A stretch of DNA of 63,861 nt, the filler included, from Reticulomyxa filosa (taxonomy: Eukaryota > Protista > Foraminifera): assembly GCA_000512085.1 (NCBI GenBank). It is 18 parts of 18 records of this genome, joined end to end, with 100 filler letters (N's around TTAATTAATTAA, not from the genome) between each part and the next. Parts side by side here need not be neighbours in the genome. Positions count along the whole stretch, not along the records: positions 12,589 to 14,256 come from ASPP01050163.1; positions 14,357 to 15,802 come from ASPP01003646.1; positions 15,903 to 16,977 come from ASPP01016031.1; positions 17,078 to 26,901 come from ASPP01024863.1; 14 more parts are not named here. One strand, written 5' to 3'. This document shows, one piece after another, positions 12,708 through 24,577 of the stretch (its first letter is position 1; each line of letters opens with the position of its first letter). A program made the position numbers and the translations under genes. The notes below the pieces were generated by a model. The model saw only the letters and a list, made by a program, of their open reading frames with translations. It was not told where the DNA came from and did not search any database.

Positions 12708-13112
12708 TCACTTGGTCAAACTGATCATTGTAATGACCGATCGCAACTCGGAATATATTGTTGAAAAGATCAATGAAATGATGTTTCGATCCCCAAACAC
12801 ATGAACCCTTATTTTATCAAAGTCATGGCCACAATTGGAGTTGGTTAGATAATGATATTCGGAGAGATGCTGAGTATCAAGTTTTTCACTTTTTTGAGAA
12901 ATTTTGACGAACGTGTCAAAGTTTGGGAAATTTTTGCTTGATTCAAAGAACATTCGTTCTCTTGCGAAGCTTGTCTCAGCCCGATTAGATTTATTAAAGA
13001 ATGACATCAAATGGCAGTTTGCTGGAACGTGTGAGACGACGACAAGCTTCAAAGGTATCTTTTTTTGGATGGATTTCTCATCTTGTTCACTTGTCCACAA
13101 GTCAAAATGCAA
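12708..13112 (-). CDS. Hypothetical protein or gene remnant
   Basis: 134-aa ORF only; no motif recognised. Confidence 0.25.
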   Translation of the reverse strand: MHFDLWTSEQDEKSIQKKIPLKLVVVSHVPANCHLMSFFNKSNRAETSFARERMFFESSKNFPNFDTFVKISQKSEKLDTQHLSEYHYLTNSNCGHDFDKIRVHVFGDRNIISLIFSTIYSELRSVITMISLTK

Positions 13113-13678
13113 CTAATCAATTTTTTTTAGATGATCTATTTTCTCACTCAATCAAAAAAAAAAAAGAATAAAATGTAAAACGATTGTGATATACACAAAC
13201 GCATACACAGATATAAATTTGATTATATTAAAGATGGAAGAAATATTAAGAGAGCATTTCTGCACGCGTTGATGCTCCGATATGCTTGTCTTATTTTTTT
13301 TTTTGGAAATCGTTGAAATATTTGCTAAAGCTTTTTCCATTTAAATTTTTTTTTCTTTGATCGAAGACTATGTTTTTTTAATCAATTTATATTTATCTTC
13401 TAAGTGAAAAGAATTTTTAAATAGAAAAAGATCAACTGTTTTCGCCTTGAGCTATAGTGAATGTACACAAAACAAATTCATTTCCAATCAACTTGGTATT
13501 TGCATAAATCTTTTGCAATCATTTAAAGTTTTACAAATGCGCTCATTTGTCACAAATTTTGTCTTATTTTTATCTTAAAGTAGCTTTATTGCTCATTGAA
13601 TGTCCTCCCGTTTTGGTGTGCCTAGGTAGAAGTGGAGGGAACAAACAGAGGAAAAAATCTTGAGTAAGTCCTTGGTTA

Positions 13679-14131
13679 GTTAAGCGGCAACATGAAATCG
13701 TCGCTGGTGTTGGTGGTGCTGCATGCATCAAATGCATTCGTTGTGATATCAAGCACAAGTGAGATGAATACAAGCAATTGCAGCTGGGCGAACAGACAAA
13801 AACGCTTCACTCAACACAGTAACATAAGCATACTGGCAATATCACGCGATATGTTGCTCAACCACTTGTGGAAATTGGAAACGTGGAAGTGCGAGCAATA
13901 TTTACAATTCTACAACAATATGACAAGCGCATCAGCATTGCAAATTTTCAACAATGAGTCGATGCAATCAACAAACAAAATTATACGTATTTTCCAAAGC
14001 GCTCTGAGTGCCAACATAAAGCATTTCAAAAAGAACTTGGAATCCAAAACGTCGACAATGAATATACTCATATCTATTTCAACCATACAATTGACAACAT
14101 GCAAATTGACATTCACATCAGCGACATTCAG
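13679..14131 (+). pseudogene. Probable decayed exon of an unknown gene family
   Basis: A frame different from the listed 206-aa ORF reads VKRQHEIVAG...KHK*DEYKQLQ...FQQ*VDAINKQNY...IDIHISDIQ, with three stops, and ends at a CAG|GTATAT donor. Confidence 0.35.
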
Positions 14132-14811
14132 GTATATAACAGTGACACAAAGTCTAAATGAAAAAAAATGGTCATTAAAAAATAAAAAAGGGGAGGTGTA
14201 CGTAGATCAAGAGATAGGAAGTGGAGATGATGAATTGTGTATGTTATTGATCTTATNNNNNNNNNNNNNNNNNNNNNNNNNNNNNNNNNNNNNNNNNNNN
14301 TTAATTAATTAANNNNNNNNNNNNNNNNNNNNNNNNNNNNNNNNNNNNNNNNNNNNTGTCTACACAATACCGATCACCTCCTTTACTTTTTCTGATTTGT
14401 CAATGACAATATCTTTCATTACTTCACTTAATAATGAAGAATCAGCGACAATATGACCATTTGTAGTTGACCAAATTGTTAAAAATCCGTCACCATTATG
14501 AAGAAAAACTGTGGTACTCAGGTTAACTGACCCCCTTACAAACAAAAAACAGCATATTTTTATTTTCTGTTCCGAATGTACTAGTTTTTTGAAAATGCTT
14601 TTTTTAAATAGAAATGTTAAATTTTTTTTTGTAATGTTGGCTTTTGAATAAAGTTTTTCCAAATGTCTTGCATGACAAAAAAGGAAAACTTTTTATTGTA
14701 TCAGTTGCTCGTTGTGAAAAGTTTGAAGATAGAAAAAAAGAGAGCAAAGTTACAAAAGTAAAAAAAATCAATTGTCATTAGAAATGATATAAATAACAAA
14801 AAAGACGACAG

Positions 14812-15802
14812 CTAATGCCTTAAGCCATAAAGTCTGGTCCATTTCTCAGAAAGTAAGTTAAATTCTTGTGGACGGTTTTGAGACATACAAGCAGGGTCTT
14901 CTGCCCAGCAAACAAAGACGGAAACAACAGCAGAACGCACCACCATCATAACTGATGCGCATAAGAAATATCCCACAACAAAACCGGCTAAAAGGTAGCC
15001 AATGCGCATGTCTGAACTGATGCTATCAAATGCACTGCTTAAAATGAACCCAACTATTGCAGTGATCAAAGCTCCAACAATTGCACCACAGCCCAGCGCA
15101 AACCCAGTCTGTTTCATTTGTTCATTTATTTTCTCGTGTCCCCAAAAGCTAAAAAAAAAAAAAAAAAAAATTAAAGAAATAAAAGTAAGAATTTCAAACC
15201 AGATCATCGTTAATCCAGGCATCAAGTCCTTTATGACTGAGCAAATGCCAAGTTCTTTTGGACGACTCAATAAAGGCTATTTTCAATTGAACAAACAAAA
15301 TACGCATTTTCCTTTCTTTTTGGGAAAAAAAAAAAAAAAAAACACAGAAAAAGAAATTAACAAGTTCCATAAATAGCCACTTGGGCATAGGCATAGGTAT
15401 TGAAGAAGCGGATTAAGGACTCCAAACATTGTAACATGCATTGCAGCAAACACAAAACAAAGGCATTTCCTCGGTGGCTGTTTTGTGCGTTTCGGACCAA
15501 AGCACGTGCCGTTTGAATCAATGCAACAACCAATGACCCAAGGCAACTTTAAAGTTCAAACAAGCATTTCAAAAATAAATAAATAAAGAAAAAAAAACCC
15601 ACAAACACAAACGCATACAAAATTTCTCCTTTTTTTTTTTTTTTTTTTGTAGTTTTCGATATCGTATATGCATAGATTGTTCTTTGATAAGAAAGAATAT
15701 ATAGCAAAGTGAGAGGTTTTTTTTTTTTTTTTACATAGATCCAAGGCCTTTTGTAGATGCATATTTGAAAGATGTCCATGTTGCATTTTGGTTTATCTTT
15801 GA
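14812..15802 (-). CDS. Choline transporter-like protein (CTL/SLC44/PNS1), C-terminal part (5'-partial, spliced)
   Basis: Spliced translation SFKYASTKGLGS...LGSLVVALIQ...FNTYAYAQVAIYG...FIESSKRTWHLL...INDDL...SAVVSVFVCWAEDP matches the choline transporter-like family pattern. Confidence 0.9.
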
Positions 15803-15902
15803 NNNNNNNNNNNNNNNNNNNNNNNNNNNNNNNNNNNNNNNNNNNNTTAATTAATTAANNNNNNNNNNNNNNNNNNNNNNNNNNNNNNNNNNNNNNNNNN
15901 NN

Positions 15903-16474
15903 AACAAGCCGGTATCAATACTGTGCCCACCTGCTATATCGAAGTGGGCGATCATCGCACCCTCGCCCAGGCTATTGCTGATAGCGGCTGGCACGACGTG
16001 ATCCTGAAACCGGTGATTTCCGGCGCAGCCCGCCACACCTACCGCTTGCAGGCCGAGGGTGCTGCCGCGCTGGAATGCACGTTTGCCGAGCTGGTACAAC
16101 GCGAGGCACTGATGCTGCAGCCGTTCCAGCACGACATCCTTAGCCAGGGCGAGCTGTCGCTGATGGTGATTGATGGTCAGTACACGCACGCCATCCGCAA
16201 AACCGCCAAAGCCGGCGACTTCCGCGTGCAGGATGACCATGGCGGCACCGTGCATCGTTACGACGCCAGCGCCGAAGAAATCCGCTTTGCCGAAGCCGCC
16301 GTCGCGGCGGTGCCGTTCGACGTGCTGTATGCCCGAGTGGACATGGTGCGCGACAACCGCGGCCAACTGGCCATCATGGAACTGGAAATGATTGAACCCG
16401 AGCTGTTTTTCCGCTTCCAAGCGGAAGCAGCCAGCAAGTTGGCCGCCGGCATCGCCCGCCGCCTGCAAGCCTGA
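15903..16474 (+). CDS. Bacterial ATP-grasp protein (glutathione synthetase/RimK-like), 5'-partial
   Basis: GC-rich and intronless; motifs VILKPVISGAA, LMLQPF, GELSL, GDFRVQDDHGG, LYARVD and MELEMIEPELFF. Confidence 0.85.
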
Positions 16475-16542
16475 GTAACACGCCGATTCTTTTTGAAGCA
16501 ACCGGCCAGCTCCGCTGGCCAGCAACCTGGAAGCACTGAGTG

Positions 16543-16977
16543 ATGAATCTGACCACGCTGACCGCCCTCTCCCCGCTCGATGGCCGCTACTCCGGCCAGG
16601 CCGAACCGCTGCGCGCCACCTTCTCCGAATACGGCCTGATGAAAGCCCGTATCAAGGTAGAACTGGAATGGCTGAAAATGCTGGCCGCCGAACCGGGCAT
16701 CGAGGAAGTGAAGCCGTTCTCCGACGCCACCATCCGCGAAATCGACGACGTGATCGCCAACTTCTCCGTTCAGCACGGCGAAGAAGTGAAAGCCATCGAA
16801 GCGCGCACCAACCACGACGTGAAGGCCATCGAGTACTGGCTGAAAGAGCGTCTGTCCGGCAACCCGGAAGTGATGGCGGCCAGCGAGTTCATCCACTTTG
16901 CCTGCACTTCGGAAGACATCAACAACCTCAGCCACGCGCTGATGCTGAAAACCGCGCGCAACACCGTGATGCTGCCG
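16543..16977 (+). CDS. purB: Adenylosuccinate lyase (bacterial), 3'-partial
   Basis: LTALSPLDGRY, FSEYGL, IEARTNHDVKAIEYWLKE and EFIHFACTSEDINNLSHALML. A purine-rich GGAAG lies upstream of the ATG. Confidence 0.97.
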
Positions 16978-17443
16978 NNNNNNNNNNNNNNNNNNNNNNN
17001 NNNNNNNNNNNNNNNNNNNNNTTAATTAATTAANNNNNNNNNNNNNNNNNNNNNNNNNNNNNNNNNNNNNNNNNNNNCAGGTTCCTTCAACGTTCAGATA
17101 TTTATAGGGGCCTTGCCCTACAGGCCATTCATATGTACACTAAATAACGTATTTTTCCTATTACTCTAGTGAATTGTCGTTTGTCTATAAGTTCTAATGA
17201 CAAGTGTGGGCATCTTCTAATTTGCAAATCAAAATGTAATACTAGTGGATTTTTTAAGCGAATTGAAGAAAACATTAATATCAAGTTTACCGTAGTTTTC
17301 TTGGAAACTTGTTGTGCTCCTGGTTGAATGCATAGTTCCTTTTTTATGATTCAGAATAAATAACGAGCCAATTGATTGCAATTTTTTGGTTGTTTTTTGC
17401 TCGTAATCATTCAATTGCAATAATATTTCAAATAGTCCTCTCA

Positions 17444-19100
17444 ATGACGCAAGCAAGATATGCATGTGTAGCTGTTGTGCTTGGAGCAATGTTGTCGTGT
17501 GTGCATTCCATGAGTACACAGTTCCAAGGGCTTATGGCATTTGTAATCGTAGGGATTGTCCCTCACAACGGTAAGTAAGGGAGTGTGCTGTTTGAGTGTA
17601 TTGGCAAGAAGAAAAGAGAATAAGAAGAGGAAAAAAGAGTAAAATGAAAAACAAAAACTGTGTAACAGCATATAGCCATCTCACGACGACATGGTCTCCA
17701 AACCCAACAGAAAGTATAATCCAACAATTGTGTATCAATTTTACGTTAGACTTTATGTCAGTTAATGACTGGTGGGCATCTGATATTGTCAGCGCTGTAG
17801 TCTTATCTTATCAAGACACATTGAAGGTAGTTTTCCTCTGTTCTGCCCCCTCCTCCCTTTAAAAAAAAAAAGTTCAAATCCGACCTAATTGAACATTAAA
17901 AAAAAAAAAAATTGTGGGGGGGGGGGGGGGGGAGTGCAATCGGAAACCGACATATGAACAAAAAGATTGAAGCGAATTATGTTGAAGCAAAAGTAGAAAA
18001 CTTGAACACAAAAACGACAGGGCCTGCCAATAGAACAATCACAAATTATTATGGCGACATAGCGAGTCAGATTGGTTGCCGCAGTGCAAATGAGTGTAAT
18101 AGTCTTGAAGCGCGATTTTCGAATCAAAGCGCATCTTTCGAGGCGAGTTTGGTCATCTATTTACAAGCACAAAATCTGACCCTCTCTTCATTTTATATGC
18201 AAATCGCAAACGTTACCAATGATTCTGACGATGAAAAGCATACTATTATCATCATTGTTTGGTTTTTAGCAGGCAAACTTTAAAAAAAAAAAAATTTTTT
18301 TTTTGAAGAAGGGGGGGGGGGGCGAGGGGGAAATTTCCCCTTTTTTTTTTTTGACGAATCCCTCCCAAAACAAAACTTGTTTTTTTAAAAAATAAAATAA
18401 TAATAAAAAAAAAAAAAAGGTGCGGCAGTGGTGGCGTGCTGCTCTATTGTTGGAATAATTTGCTGGAAAAAAGTGAATGCGTTTCGACGAAGAAAAAGAT
18501 ATGCCGATCCTGATGATGTACCAATGGAGTTTTTATTGGATTCCAATCCCGATGTCGATGAAGAACAGGGCTTCAAACAACGCGGCAAAAACAAAACGAA
18601 TGCGGGTTCACACGGCGACGATATGCAAGCGTCGCTGGCCGATGATGAGGAGATTATGGATCCTGATCCTCAAATGCATCACCAAGAAGGCAATACCCGC
18701 CGCTTCTCGATTTCGACTTCTGGGGATTATCAACACTTCAAAAGTAGAGGCGGGGATCATGACGACGAAAGAAATCGCTACTTGGATGTGGACACGTATT
18801 TAGACAGCAGAGATATTGCACCTATGGAGTCGGCTACTATTCGTATTCCTCACGATAATGACAGCGATGATGGTGAATTCATGTTGAACCAAACTCTGAG
18901 GTATATGTGGCACACGTTGAAGGAGGGAATTAAACATATCATATATGCATCGTATATTACACATATGTACATGCATATATGTTTATATACACATATGTAA
19001 CTTATTCTACATACTCTGCTTTTTTCTTCGTCTTTCAATCTGTTTCAGAGTAATCTTTTTCCATATACGTTATGTGTGGTTTGTTTGCAGTCACAATTAA
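17444..19100 (+). CDS. Hypothetical type I single-pass membrane protein (multi-exon)
   Basis: N-terminal hydrophobic signal-like segment. TM segment IIIIVWFLAG|AAVVACCSIVGIICW followed by KKVNAFRRRKR. Acidic cytoplasmic tail. GT-AG introns. Confidence 0.6.
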
Positions 19101-19456
19101 CTATCCGCTAAATCCCGTCAAACGAAAAATGAGGGCACATTGCAGTAATAATTACATAAACATTTAATTAAATAATAATGTGTTGCTTTGCGAAGAAAGG
19201 TTAAATATTTTTTTGGAAAAGAAATCGCTTGTCAACCTTGGTTGCACATCACTGGTTGATCGGTTTCCTTTACTTATTGACAACTTTCTTAACTTTAAAA
19301 AGAACATCTGACACTTCAACGATTAAAGCTATTTCCAAAACGAAAGCAACCAAAAATATAACCGATGTTTATTATTGCAGAATATCACCAATTTTGTCTG
19401 GAAATTATCAGTTTTGAAACCTTTAAAACGGACAAGTAATAAAAAAAACATTGATC

Positions 19457-22119
19457 ATGATTCGTAAAGTGAGAACACCAGAAGAAAATTTCAAAAATTT
19501 GCCAGATTTTCCGTATGCTGCTCGTTATTTGACGTTGGAAAATGATCTTCGACTGGCCTATATCGACGAGCAGTCAGACAATTTTGGCAGTGAAAGTGTT
19601 ACGTTGGATTGTGTTGAAAAGAAATGTTTTAACCTTGCCTTCGTCTGTAGCATATAAAACCACATTATCAGCCAAGTCAAAAAAGCAAATAAACCAAAAA
19701 TGGTGACACCAACAAATATAAAATGGACCGAAGGTGACATTTCTGTGTTTGCACGGCGTCCCAACGTATTCATACTTGTACCGCAAAATGATTCCAATAT
19801 TTTTGAAAAGCAACAAGCATCATGAAAAAGGAGTGCGCGTAGTGTGCCCTGATTTCATTGGTTGGGGACGAAGTGACAAGCCGGTTGATGTTGCGTTTCA
19901 CAATATCCCCTTTCATCGTGATTCGATCATGTTAATTATCCGACCCTTACTTTTTTTTTTTTAAAAAAGTGCATAGTATTTAAAAGAGAGAAGGGGGAAA
20001 CAAACAAAATGTTTTGTTTGAAAAATATATTGCGTTTTAGAACGTTAATTAAAACATTGGATTTAAAAATATCACTTTAGTTGTTCAAGTTCAGTTGAAA
20101 CTATAAAAAAAAAAAAAATAAATTGTTCCACATTGTTATCAAAATAAGCTAATAAAAATATGATGACAAATTAGGATTGGGGAGGGTTGATTGGCCTCAC
20201 TTTGCCTCTCGAGAAAGATATTCGGTCTCGTGTGAGTCGAGCGATAGTCTTCAACACAGGCATTCCGACAGGCAGATCTCCTGGGGAAGGATTTACGGCT
20301 TGGAAAAACTTTGTAAGTAAAAATTCGAACATGGATGTGGGTGCGTTGATCGAGGGTGCATCCGCAAAGAAATTTTCTTCACAGGAAAAAGATGCCTACA
20401 ATGCACCCTTTCCTGACTTGATGTTCAAGGCCGCTGTGACGGCGTGGCCTTTTATGGTCCCTGTCTCTCCTGACAACAAAGACATGGACTTGTTTCGAAG
20501 GTGTTATTATTTTTGGAATGAAAATAGGATCGCCAATACAAAGAGTATGTTTTCTTTTGTTTTTATCAAACTATATTAATATACATGTGTATATGTGCGT
20601 ATACGTATAAAGCGTATGCATGTACACATAGACGTATATATATATATACATATGTACATCATTGACTTAGTCGTAATTTTCTCTTATACTTTTTCCTTCT
20701 CTCTCTTTCCCCCTATTCTCAAAAAAAAAAAAAAAAAAATGGTTGTGATATTTGAAAAAGAAAAGAACTCAAATCAAAAAGGTGAAAGTATCAAAGGCAT
20801 TGAAGTTTTTATGGCCCATGGAATGCTTGATAAGGTGTTTACCGTCGAATCTGCGAGGTATACGTACGGGACATTAATCGGAGGTAACGATTGCGCGTAT
20901 TTGGCGTGGGTTCCTTTTGCTGGCCATTTTGCCCAAGAGTTTGGGGAGTTTATTGCAGAAAAAGCGCTGAAGCATTTTGGAGACATCCCCAAGGACTTGA
21001 TCGAATACGAATATGTGGCAAAAGCGTCGAGTGATTGGCTCAATCGAAAACGAAAGACCCGCAAAAATGATCAACGCTATGCCGTTAAGTTGACGTTGAA
21101 TAACCCTCCGGCAAATGTTCAAAATCTGGCATTGGTCAAGCAATTGATAGACATTATTCAAAAGTTAGATTCCGATCCGTACACTGGTGGCTTTATCATT
21201 ACCGCTAATTCTGCCAAAGGCATTTTTTCCGCGGGTTACGATATAACCACATTTCTCAAAGTTTGGCAAATTATATGTTTTATGTTCAATTGTCGATGCA
21301 AAAAAAATTTTCTTCCCTCCTTCGGCTCCCCCCCCCCCCCTTTTTGTGCACTTTTATAGAAAGATAAAAAGCTGACAGAACAGTACCTACTCACGATCAC
21401 TAATCTAAAGTTGGTCATTATGGAATCGACCAAACCTTTTATTGCTTGTGTCAACGGGCATGCGTTTGCTGGAGGTGCTGTTTTGGCTTTATTTTGTGAT
21501 TACAGGTTTGTGTGTTGAAAAAAAAGAAGAGAGCTTGAGTACGTTGGACATAGGGAAGAACACATCAGAACATTCCAAAAAAAAAAAAAAAAATCAGGGT
21601 CGGTAAACCGTCGATAAGATTTGCGTTTAATGAAGCGGCCATCGGGATCAAGTTCACGCTCCCTGTGTACAATCTCATTGTACATAACATTGGAAATCAA
21701 AATGCTGCTTATGTTTCCTCCACTGCAAAGGTTTTGTCTGGAACACAGGCAAAAGAATTAGGTTTGTAATATTTCGCTCTTTTTTCCTTTCTATATGCTT
21801 TTTCATACTACATTGTCTTGGTGATGTTTTTACTCTTCTCCGATTTCATTGTTTTGCCAAAAAAGGTTTGCTCGATCGGTGCATAAATACTGATGATAAC
21901 GATGTCTTATTTGATGAGTGTGTCAAAATATTGGAAAATGAATATTTCAATGGCACTGCAGAAGCCATTGCGCACGTCCGGAAACTACGCTACTCTTCTT
22001 TGGCTGAACTCCAGCACAAAAATCATGAAAAGGATTTGATTGATGCTGTTAATTTTTTCCATGACAATACAGTCCAACAAACTTTCCGAGAGTTTTTGCT
22101 CAAAAGAGCTAAGTTCTAA
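19457..22119 (+). CDS. Fusion of a haloalkane dehalogenase (DhlA/HLD-I-like alpha/beta hydrolase) and an enoyl-CoA isomerase-like crotonase with C-terminal AKF. Exons ~19457-19597, 19734-19930, 20041-20088, 20175-20544, ~20782-21260, 21360-21505, 21598-21761, 21866-22119. One-base frameshift in the A-run at 20065-20069.
   Basis: Dehalogenase motifs RTPEENF, FLCLHGVPTYSYLYRKMIP, PDFIGWGRSDKP, ITLVVQ|DWGG, GFTAWK, AYNAPFPD, GMLDKV and AGHFAQEFGEFIAEKALKHF. The same exon continues into LNNPPAN...FSAGYDI, then VNGHAFAGGAVLALFCDYR, FNEAAIG and AKELGLLD. Confidence 0.9.
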
Positions 22120-23367
22120 TTTTTTTTTAATTGTATGTGCAGTGGTTTTTTCAACCAAGTAAGTGACATTTAAACCCTTTTTTAATTACCAAATAAAGAA
22201 CTAAATCATTAAGAAACTCTCCTCACGCGCTTCTTTTTTCATGTACATAACTTTTTTTGAATCTCTTGATTTATTTTGTATGGACACATAACCACTATGA
22301 ATGCAATTGTTTATAATTGGCTGCTTCTGCAATTTGACCTCTTTCTCGTAGATTAATGAAATATATAATTAAGTTGAAAACCAATTGAAAATAAACATAT
22401 GCGCACTACTTTAAATATTATGTGTTGTCATCCAAGTGAACAAAAAATACAATTATAAGCTAATAATGTACAAAGTGCAGAAGAAGACAAAGTAAATCAC
22501 TCACGTTGAGTGGATATAAACATAAACAACTGTAATAACAGTACATTCAACTATTATATGTGATTATACATTTATTTTACAGTTGACAGTGTAATTCTTG
22601 TAAAAATTAAAACTTGAAATTTATTTATTGATAAAAATAACAAAGATGCTTTTGCACTTACAGTTAATTCTAAGAGATTAACATTGACTTCGTCTGCAAC
22701 TACATGACAGATAAAAAAAAAAAAAAATGGAATTACGCCCCCCTTGGTAACTTATTGATTTAATTGATTTTTTGATATAATTTTGATTTGACAAAAATAT
22801 AAACAACACAAATAACTGGTTTAGCTGCAAAAAATTTAATTGAAAAAAAAATTTTCTTTTTGATTGAATAAAACTGGGTCATTTTTTAAAATATGCTTAA
22901 AAAAATGATCCAAAGTTGTCAAAAAAACAGAATATTAATTTTTTTCTTTTATAATTGCGTTTCGAACTGGGTTATTTTTCTTTACTTAAAATTATTTCTC
23001 AAGCAGTGAGAAAAGCAAAAAGCATTCCTTATTGTCTCGGCTTAACATAGTAGAAGAAGAGCTGAACAAGTTGTCACTACCTGATTTTTGGAGTGGAAAA
23101 AATTTGCACAAAAGAGCGTCTAAAAAAATGAAAAAAATATTCTGGAGAGGAATTGATGAAACAGATCCAATCTCACAATGTTAAATGTTCTTGATGTATA
23201 CATTTTAAAGATTAATTTGAATTCATGTTTCTTCTATAGAAATAATTAAATTTTGTCAATTGAACATATAATAAAAAGTTAAAGTAAACTTTTCTTGAAA
23301 AATTTAAATTTTATTATTATTGCATAAGGAAAGTAGAATAAGGCTTTCTTTGTGTGCTTTCTTTAAG

Positions 23368-23532
23368 GAATATGAAAATTAAAAAGCCGATGATACAAAT
23401 GTTGCAAAAAGAATTCATGCTAAAAATGATTTAGAAAATTATACAAATCAAATGAAAACACTTTAAATAATCCTAAATTCAAATAGCAAATAAAAGAAAC
23501 AGATCGTTCAAAAGTTGAAAAAGCAATCAAAG
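23368..23532 (+). pseudogene. Decayed Hsp70 C-terminal (lid) fragment
   Basis: *KADDTNVAKRIHAKNDLENYTNQMK(frameshift)TLNNPKFK*QIKETDRSKVEKAIK resembles the Hsp70 motif KAEDE...IEAKNxLExY. It contains stops and a frameshift. Confidence 0.65.
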
Positions 23533-24577
23533 GTAAATTCGAGAAAGGATTAATTGCACAGAAATTTCAACACGATTATTGTGCTTTGTAGACTCTCCCC
23601 AGTTCTACAAATTTTTTGATAATATGAAGATTAAATTTTCAACAAGTAAAACTTATTTCTGATTGCAAGAAAATGATTAAACAGACATTTCTAGTTTTTG
23701 TAATAACATTTTTTGCATGAAGATAATAACACAATGAAACCATTTGTTAAACAAAAAAAGTATATAACAATTTCAATCAAAAAATATGTTTGTTATACTA
23801 CAATTTTGTCAATTTGTTACAAACAAGACAGCTTCAAAATTTGTAATGAATAGATTCAAATGAGTTGAATTTCTGATAGAGAATGTTGTTTTCAGCTTAT
23901 ACAGCGATTATATAAAAGTTGCTTGGAAAAGAAAAGTTAGTTAAATGATTATTGACAAATTTGCTGAATTTTTGGTTGATCCATATGTATTTGTCGCCTT
24001 AATTTTCTTTTCATACATTGCGACGAGAATTTGGTAAGAAGACAAAAACTTAAAATCTTTTGGAATGATAACGATTATGTTTTTCAAATAATTTATTTTT
24101 CAGTTTTTCATTGCTTCACTAACACAATTTAAGCTGTTTATTTATTGTCCTGGGATCATTATCGATTTTAGTACAAATATCAAGTTATCAAGATATGTAA
24201 AAAATATAATTTTAAAACAATACGAAAATTTTTTGGGTCACGTTCATTTAAGATTAAAAATACAGTACAACCAACAAAAAAAACCAACAATATTTCAATA
24301 ACAACAAATACTGTAACATAATGAATAATTTTTTTTTACACTATTTTCGCTTGTTGAAAAAATTTGACTTAATATTTTGTTATTTTAATGTACAATATAT
24401 CCTCTTGGATAAGGCGTGCTAACTTGGTTTGCAAGTTTAGAGCTAGTTTGCGCATTGAATCTTTAAAAAACAAACGTGACAAACAACATGGGCAAGGAAA
24501 ATAGTGCGATGTTTGTTGCATATATGATAATTATGTCAGTTATTATACTTAAAGCTTTTAAAACAAAAAATGACAAA

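Noticed and set aside
13692-14312. 206-aa ORF as a real gene
   Set aside because: It has no recognisable motif, and a different, stop-interrupted frame looks more protein-like and ends at a splice donor.
15851-16964. Long minus-strand ORFs (224 and 225 aa) in the bacterial contig
   Set aside because: They are antisense shadows of GC-rich genes.
14357-17200. Horizontal transfer of purB and the ATP-grasp gene into the host chromosome
   Set aside because: The bacterial DNA is its own contig, with no physical junction to host DNA and no introns or AT amelioration.
21360-21761. Crotonase domain as a 4-chlorobenzoyl-CoA dehalogenase (double-dehalogenase idea)
   Set aside because: The active-site segment is NEAAIGIK, which is Glu and isomerase-like. 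I do not see the Trp/Asp pattern expected for that enzyme.
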